Shown in pieces: positions 61,001-64,000 of a DNA stretch of 64,000 nucleotides (the first letter of the stretch is position 1; each line of letters opens with the position of its first letter). The notes beneath the pieces were generated by a model that was given only the letters and a program-made list of their open reading frames with translations, did no database searches and had not been told where the DNA came from. The DNA lies in NCBI GenBank assembly GCA_937927625.1, contig CALBSD010000097.1, forward strand, positions 987 to 64,986, given 5' to 3'. Made by a program: the position numbers and the translations under genes. Source of the DNA: an uncultured Actinomycetes bacterium. GTDB taxonomy: Bacteria > Actinomycetota > Acidimicrobiia > Acidimicrobiales > Ilumatobacteraceae.

Positions 61001-64000
61001 TTTATCGCTGTCATGTCTGCGACTGTGACACCAGAAATGGCACCGAGGTCAGTCGGCGTTCCATTGCTTCCAATTCGAATGAGATCGCCAGCCGTCAGTC
61101 CATCCCCGCCTGTTGTTGCGATGCCATACAGATATCCATCTGATTGATTGAAGCCAATCGCGTCAATCACTGCAGTTGTCAATTTCGGACCAATCTCATA
61201 TGACAATGCTGGGTTCTGAGTTGGACTGAGGCGATACAGCTGGCCGCCTGTGTAGTGGTACATGTAGGCATTGCAGACAAAAGAGCCAGCATTTGCTGGC
61301 GTCGTCGCAACGAGCACATCTTGCGTGTTCTTGGTGAATCCTGTTGTCACCACATTGCCCGCACCATTTGTGTACGTACCCGCAGCTGTAGCAACAACAG
61401 CGACGCTGTATTCACATGTGGCAACACCCGCTGTCATTGACGCACCGGTAACGGTCACAGAGTTCGTCATTGTTGACATTGCTGCTGGATCAATGGTCGG
61501 GTTGTAGCCAGCGCGAACCCCGTCAGGGCACGTCGTCATCAAGTTGTTATTTGCTGCAACTTCAAGACCAGACGGGAGCGTGTCGACAAACCCCAAGCCA
61601 GTCTTTGCAGTATTACCCGGAGCATTCGTGAATGTAAATGTCAACGTGGCCACTTCACCCACAGCAACAGTTGCTGGAACGAATTTCTTTGTCAATGTCG
61701 GCATCACGGTGTATTCACCATCAATGACACCAGTTGTACCTATTGCGATAGTGCTGACTTTTGAAAGAAGAGATGTGATTGCCGTCGTTGTTTCAGTAGT
61801 AGTTCTGTTTGCGAGTGTCGCGGTATTTCCAGCGGTCACAACGGTTTTTGTAACTGCTGCCGTTGATACGTCATTGAACTTCACTGTGTAATCACCAGGT
61901 GAAAGATTGGGGAACGAATATGTTCCGTTTGCCCCAGTGACAGTCGTAATTGGCTGACCACGCATTGAAGAGTTTCCATACGTATCGGGATACGTCAATG
62001 GATTACCTGCGGAGTCACACAAGGTCACAGTCGCACCTGAAATTGCATTGGATGCAGTGTCTCTTGCTGTGCCCGACAAACTCGTTGAACACAACAACGG
62101 ATCAGCTGCACCAATGTTCACTGTTGCCGTTGCTCGGGTCAACGGAGTGACAGTCGAACCATCAGTTGCGCTTCCGTCTGCAGTCACTGTTGTTGTCGTT
62201 GCATTGAACTGCGAGCCAGTGAAGGTTGGTCCGGCAGGACAAAGAATTGCAGTGGGACGCAAGCAAAGTTGAGGGGCACCACCAACAGCAGTAATGCGAG
62301 CTCCTACTTCACCATTGAGTGTTCGGCCAGTAAAAGACACCGTGAATGAAGGGTTTTGTCCAGAGTCTCCGATCGCCAGTGATGATAAATCAACTGTGTT
62401 ATTCCCCGGAATCGAGATATTTGTCCATCCGGTAATGGCAGATCCTGCAGCAGTCTTCACTGTCAATGTTGCGGTTGTAAACGGAGTAGTCGTGTTAAGA
62501 ACAAACGAACGCCACCCTTGAATTGCATCAGCTGATGAACACGCCATTCGGGGCACAAGTAGCCCTGCCTCAAAAACGACTGTTGGTGGCGGTACTGCAC
62601 AGTTACCTGCCGCACCTGTGTAAGCGTCATAGGTCTGAATGATTCCGTCGTTAGAGTTTGACCAGATGCAATATGCATTCGTTGGGTCAATTCTCAATTG
62701 ATAGTTGGTATCGGGAATTCCAGTAGCTGCCCAGTTCTTACACCAAGTATCTGTTGCAAAGTCCCAGCAATAAATCTTTCCTTGACCAACTGCCCAGTTG
62801 CCATCTCCCCAATACATTCGGGTTCCCGACGTATCCCAGTTCTGCGTGTACGCGTCATAACTAGCGACATAGGTTGCGATGTACTTCGTCGTGAAGTTTG
62901 TTGTCAATGAACTTGAGATATCAGTTCCGGCGGCATTGAAACATTGGAAGAAGCCACCATTTGCGCCAGCACCCAATGCAGAGAAGCATGCACCTGCAAC
63001 TCCACCTTGCGCAGTCGGGAGTTTTGACCAGTGAACTGCGGCTTTAGTAATAGTGCGAGGGTTCGACCAACCAGTACAAGCGTTTCCAGTCATCGCATCA
63101 ATGCACACTGCCTTTGTTGCGACACCAGCGCTCGCGTAAATACGACCGCCCCATTCACCCACTGTTGGACGCCAACGGTAAACACCTGATTTTGCAGTGA
63201 GAAGGTTCGCGCCAAAATCAATGATACCGCCGGTGCTACATGGAGCACCCGCACCACTATTCAAACGAATATCGACACAAACGAGGTCACCTGTATTGAC
63301 TGCCCACGTGAAAAGTCGACCGTTGTACTGCGCAAAACCACCGCTGCAGTCATAGATCTGACCGGACTGCCCACAGGCATAACCTGAGGAAGGAACATTG
63401 GTCGAAGATCCACCCGATACGAACGAGGAATCTGCAGTTCCACCGCACCACTTATTCGTGAGCGAGATGTCTCCCGCCTTGATGCAACCGAATCCAACTT
63501 GATTGACTCCGTTATACGTGTAAACCGTTGGAAACCAAATCTCATCATCAACAGTGTCAAACCAACCCGTTGATTGCTCGTTTGAGTGCATGTTGAACAG
63601 TGGTGCTGTTGTCAGAGATTCAATTTTGAATGGCCACGAAGGTCCACACGTTTCACCGGTACGTAAATGGCAGTCAATACTTTGATTACTTGAGCCCACA
63701 TTCGATCCGCCTGAACCGTTGTGGTGCCAGATGTTGAAGATGTGACCCGCATCATCAAAGAACACGTCCCAACCATCTCCACTGGATCCGGTCGTTGTTG
63801 GAAATTGACCTGTGGTGGGTTGGGCTGCATTTGCATCGGTTGATGCAATTTGTCGTCCAATGTTGTCTGCACCTTGGCTGACGAGTTGACCTCTTGCCTT
63901 CACTTTGATGATTGCGTTCCAGCCAGCAGTAGTGGTGGGCGCAGTTGTAGTCCACGTTGTTCCATCAGTTGAATACGAAATTGTCCAACCAGCTGGAGCA
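52063..64000 (-). CDS. Giant LPXTG-anchored mosaic adhesin-like surface protein (5'-partial; more than 3,978 codons in the window)
   Basis: The frame is open from the stop at 52063-52065 to the window edge. I checked codons 63904-63999 by hand and found no stop. The GTG 63903 in the track is only the first start-like codon. C-terminus LPMTG plus a TM helix plus RSKRLVQRRA. Contains 25 tandem Ig-like modules and several adhesin-type domains (see findings). Confidence 0.9.
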   Translation of the reverse strand, partial: APAGWTISYSTDGTTWTTTAPTTTAGWNAIIKVKARGQLVSQGADNIGRQIASTDANAAQPTTGQFPTTTGSSGDGWDVFFDDAGHIFNIWHHNGSGGSNVGSSNQSIDCHLRTGETCGPSWPFKIESLTTAPLFNMHSNEQSTGWFDTVDDEIWFPTVYTYNGVNQVGFGCIKAGDISLTNKWCGGTADSSFVSGGSSTNVPSSGYACGQSGQIYDCSGGFAQYNGRLFTWAVNTGDLVCVDIRLNSGAGAPCSTGGIIDFGANLLTAKSGVYRWRPTVGEWGGRIYASAGVATKAVCIDAMTGNACTGWSNPRTITKAAVHWSKLPTAQGGVAGACFSALGAGANGGFFQCFNAAGTDISSSLTTNFTTKYIATYVASYDAYTQNWDTSGTRMYWGDGNWAVGQGKIYCWDFATDTWCKNWAATGIPDTNYQLRIDPTNAYCIWSNSNDGIIQTYDAYTGAAGNCAVPPPTVVFEAGLLVPRMACSSADAIQGWRSFVLNTTTPFTTATLTVKTAAGSAITGWTNISIPGNNTVDLSSLAIGDSGQNPSFTVSFTGRTLNGEVGARITAVGGAPQLCLRPTAILCPAGPTFTGSQFNATTTTVTADGSATDGSTVTPLTRATATVNIGAADPLLCSTSLSGTARDTASNAISGATVTLCDSAGNPLTYPDTYGNSSMRGQPITTVTGANGTYSFPNLSPGDYTVKFNDVSTAAVTKTVVTAGNTATLANRTTTETTTAITSLLSKVSTIAIGTTGVIDGEYTVMPTLTKKFVPATVAVGEVATLTFTFTNAPGNTAKTGLGFVDTLPSGLEVAANNNLMTTCPDGVRAGYNPTIDPAAMSTMTNSVTVTGASMTAGVATCEYSVAVVATAAGTYTNGAGNVVTTGFTKNTQDVLVATTPANAGSFVCNAYMYHYTGGQLYRLSPTQNPALSYEIGPKLTTAVIDAIGFNQSDGYLYGIATTGGDGLTAGDLIRIGSNGTPTDLGAISGVTVADMTAIKGGDVDATGNLIVKKTGSTTTLYSINLSSRVATTVTVSVAMTGDDLAYSAGKIYSSSGSALYMATQDAAPDYSWVSTSRSIMPSNYAAGGAIYADGFGEVIVTDGYRQYFRTSTPATASASSAFTLMYQVPTVPTDGAMCHSTPKPTAFPDATVGPVNTPQSINVVTNDTNAMNAAGTTVALDPASVKLCNPATNQVAPNCTVGPGGSVVVPNQGTYTVSNTGVVTFTPLSTFTGTATPLSYQVADVNGNIGTSTYTPSVTTTSPVAINDTSSGSYDTNQIISPLTNDISGTLSPIDPSTVRICTTGTVIASCTGTTLTIPNEGTYTVNANGVVTFDPLPTFRGTATPIQYVVQDGIQQATSATITPTVVAPSAPVATAQTKTLIPGATATFTTLTGTNGLATSAAGFNTASTCLITPGSVPATCDSDGVVTIANEGTYTLNTSTGVVTFVSVSNITPGTKTALTYQVTDITGQTATSTLTPIVSPAPTATNDTSSGAYDTNQTISPLTNDAAGAGATLDATSVKLCATTATANASCNLTTLTVANEGTYTVNANGTVTFDPLSTFTGNASPVKYIVADSTTQVTSATITPTVAMPAAPVATPETKLVIPGGTATFTTITGTGGLATSGVGLVAASTCLITPASSPATCDADGIVTIAGQGTYTLNASTGIVTYVADPAATAGTKTAITYRVTDTFGQTATSTLTPTIPPAPVAVNDTSTGAWDTNQTITILTNDSATAPATLVASSVKLCATTSTANASCNLTTLTVANQGTYTVNANGTVTFDPLPTFSGTASAVKYAVTDSNGQIAGATITPTVSLPPIPVASPETKQVIPGGTATFTTTTGTGGLATSGPGFNTVATCLYTPGTSTCDADGIVTVAGQGTYTLDSTTGIVTYVALSTATPGTKTAITYKVVDIFGQSVTSTLTPIVPPAPSATANTSTGAWDTVQTISVTANDTPGTGATLVASSVKLCATTATANASCNLTTLTVANEGTYTVNADGTVSFDPLPSFKGTATPVKYVVADSTGQLAGANITPTVTAPPVPVATPETKTVIPGGTATFTTVTGTGGLATATAGFNTMATCLYTPSTTTCDADGIVTIAGQGTYTLNQSTGVVTYVADPAATVGTKTAITYKVVDATGQSTTSTLTPLIPPAPVATNDTSSGAYDTNQTITILSNDTVTSPATLVGSSVKLCATTATANASCNLTTLTVANQGTYTVNANGTVTFDPLSTFTGTASPVKYVVADSNGQLTGATITPTVAMPAAPTATPDQKTLIAGGTATFTTLTGTNGLATSGVGFNTTVTCLYTPNTTTCDADGVVTIAGEGTYTLNQSTGVVTYVADANATSGTKTAITYKVTDTFGQTATSTLTPILSLAPVAANDTSTGAYDTNQTISVLTNDNPGAGATLNATTVKLCATTGTANTSCNLTTLTVPNEGTYTVNANGTITFDPLPTFKGTASPVKYVVADSTTQLTSATLTPTVTPPAAPVATPETKAVIPGATATFTTLTGTGALATSGVGLVNTSTCLLTPSTTTCDADGVVTIAGEGTYTLNPTTGVVTFVADVNATAGTKTPLTYRVTDITGQTATSTLTPVIPAPPVATNDTSTGAYDTNQTISILTNDSVTSPATLNASTVKLCATTATASTSCNLTTLTIANQGTYTVNPNGTVTFDPLPTFTGTASPVKYAVQDSTGQFTGATITPTVSMPAAPVATPESKAVIPGGTATFTTLTGTGGLATSGVGLVNASTCLLTPSTTTCDADGVVTIAGEGTYTLNTSTGVVTFVADINATQGTKTPLSYRVTDTFGQTATSTLTPVIPAPPVGANDTSTGAYDTNQVISILTNDSATSPATLIASTVKLCATTSTVNASCNLTTLTVANQGTYTVNANGTVTFDPLSTFTGTASPVKYIVADSTGQITNATITPTVSAPAAPTATPQSKAVIPGATATFTTLTGASGLATSSVGFNTAATCLYTPNTTTCDADGVITIPGEGTYTLNPSTGVVTYVADANATSGTKTPITYVVTDITGQTATSTLTPIIPVPPAATDDTSTGPYDTNQVISILANDSVTSPATLVASSVKLCATTSTANASCNLTTLTVPNEGTYTVNSDGTVTFNPLPTFTGTASPVKYIVSDSTGQITNALITPTVLMPAAPFANPQTKAVIPGGSVNFTTLTGVSGLATSTVGFNTSATCLITPGTSTCDADGVVTIAGEGTYTLNTATGVVTFVADVNATQGTKTALTYQVTDVFGQTDTATLTPIIPAPPVATNDTSSGAFDTNQTISILPNDSAANPATLIASSVKLCASTSTANASCNLTTLTVAGQGTYTVNANGTVTFDPLPTFTGTASPVKYIVADSTGQLANATITPTVGLPPVPVATPQTKTVIPGGTVNFTTLTGASGLATSTVGFNTSATCLLTPGTTNCDADGVVTIAGEGTYTLNSSTGVVTFVADGNAAAGTKTPLSYRVTDIFGQTAISTLTPIIPAPPTAVNDTNTGPFDTNQVISPLTNDSAVAPATLVPSSVKLCATTSTANASCNLTTLTVSNEGTYTVNANGTVTFDPLPTFVGTASPVKYVVADINGRVASATITPTVSMPPPPVATPDLRALAPASTVTFLPIVGSGALAASAAGGAALNPTSFCIVDPSTNVCGVTDVTIAGEGTYRIDVLTGVVSYTSLANAPIGHRTSVTYQITDIFGQTVASTLTPVIPPMPTIVNDTSTGPWNTAQTISPLTNDVAGTGTSLIGNTLKLCDASTTVPSSCSLTSLTVPGEGTYLVQANGSVRFVPLPTFWGNATAIKYSVADGAGQVAMATITVVVAPPPSMPVAKPQTLEVNRGETVQFTTITGNQGLATSKLGLNKSVTCLIDPAPVVAADVSVCDADGIVVVPHLGRFKLNKTTGVVTFTASRNAKTGKGLSITYQVTDVAGQTVQSKLTPIIPAKPQLPMTGANNTEPLLLAALMMIGIGVAVNRSKRLVQRRA
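52162..52176 (-). other. Sortase recognition motif LPMTG of the giant protein
   Basis: The reverse complement of acc tgt cat ggg caa reads ttg ccc atg aca ggt, followed by ANNTEPLLLAALMMIGIGVAV and NRSKRLVQRRA. Confidence 0.85.
52180..60560 (-). repeat. Intragenic tandem array: 25 modules of about 111 aa (about 333 bp) of two alternating types, 666-bp di-module period
   Basis: Module boundaries were read from the translation (order A-A-(B-A)x11-B). The DNA periodicity shows in by-product antisense ORFs starting at 54593, 55259 and 55925. Array boundaries are approximate to about 30 nt. Confidence 0.85.

Noticed and set aside
52459-63955. Dozens of 60-160-aa ORFs on the + strand and in alternative - frames inside the giant gene, several recurring with 666-nt spacing (for example 54593..54829, 55259..55495, 55925..56161).
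   Set aside because: They are by-products of the repetitive, Thr/Val/Ala/Gly-rich, stop-poor composition of the giant ORF. Their periodicity simply mirrors the sense-strand repeats. They have no RBS or independent motifs, and all are fully nested in a much longer coherent ORF.

Overview
The window looks like a chromosomal segment from an Actinomycetota-type genome. The evidence is gene content: F420/deazaflavin-dependent enzymes, GlnD, a PAC2 protein, HemQ, the UPF0182 / DivIVA-like / PDZ-Lon protease neighbourhood, a CIRCE-controlled groEL without groES, ispD-ispF-rlmB and a CysO-like carrier. GC looks moderate by eye. Coding density is very high, with many 1-4 nt overlaps between adjacent genes. 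I call about 58 protein-coding genes and 2 tRNAs (Thr-TGT, Lys-TTT), and I see no rRNA, CRISPR, transposase or integrase. Positions 1-49 kb are ordinary housekeeping and metabolic genes, with several small regulatory palindromes, a toxin-antitoxin-like pair and a few gene-level oddities. The oddities are a phosphatidylcholine-synthase-like gene whose conserved N-terminus lacks a start codon, a sulfatase with a CSTTR active-site motif, a CysO-like protein ending GG-F, and a DivIVA/Mu-F-like fusion. The standout is the last 15 kb: two tail-to-tail sortase-substrate (LPXTG) surface-protein genes. One is a giant ORF of more than 3,978 codons that runs off the window edge. It holds 25 tandem modules of about 111 aa in strict two-type alternation (666-bp DNA period), behind a Cys/Trp-rich propeller-like head of unknown function. 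The ORF track uses ATG/GTG/TTG starts at maximal extension, so I re-evaluated many starts. All functional calls come from motif recognition by eye and none from database searches.
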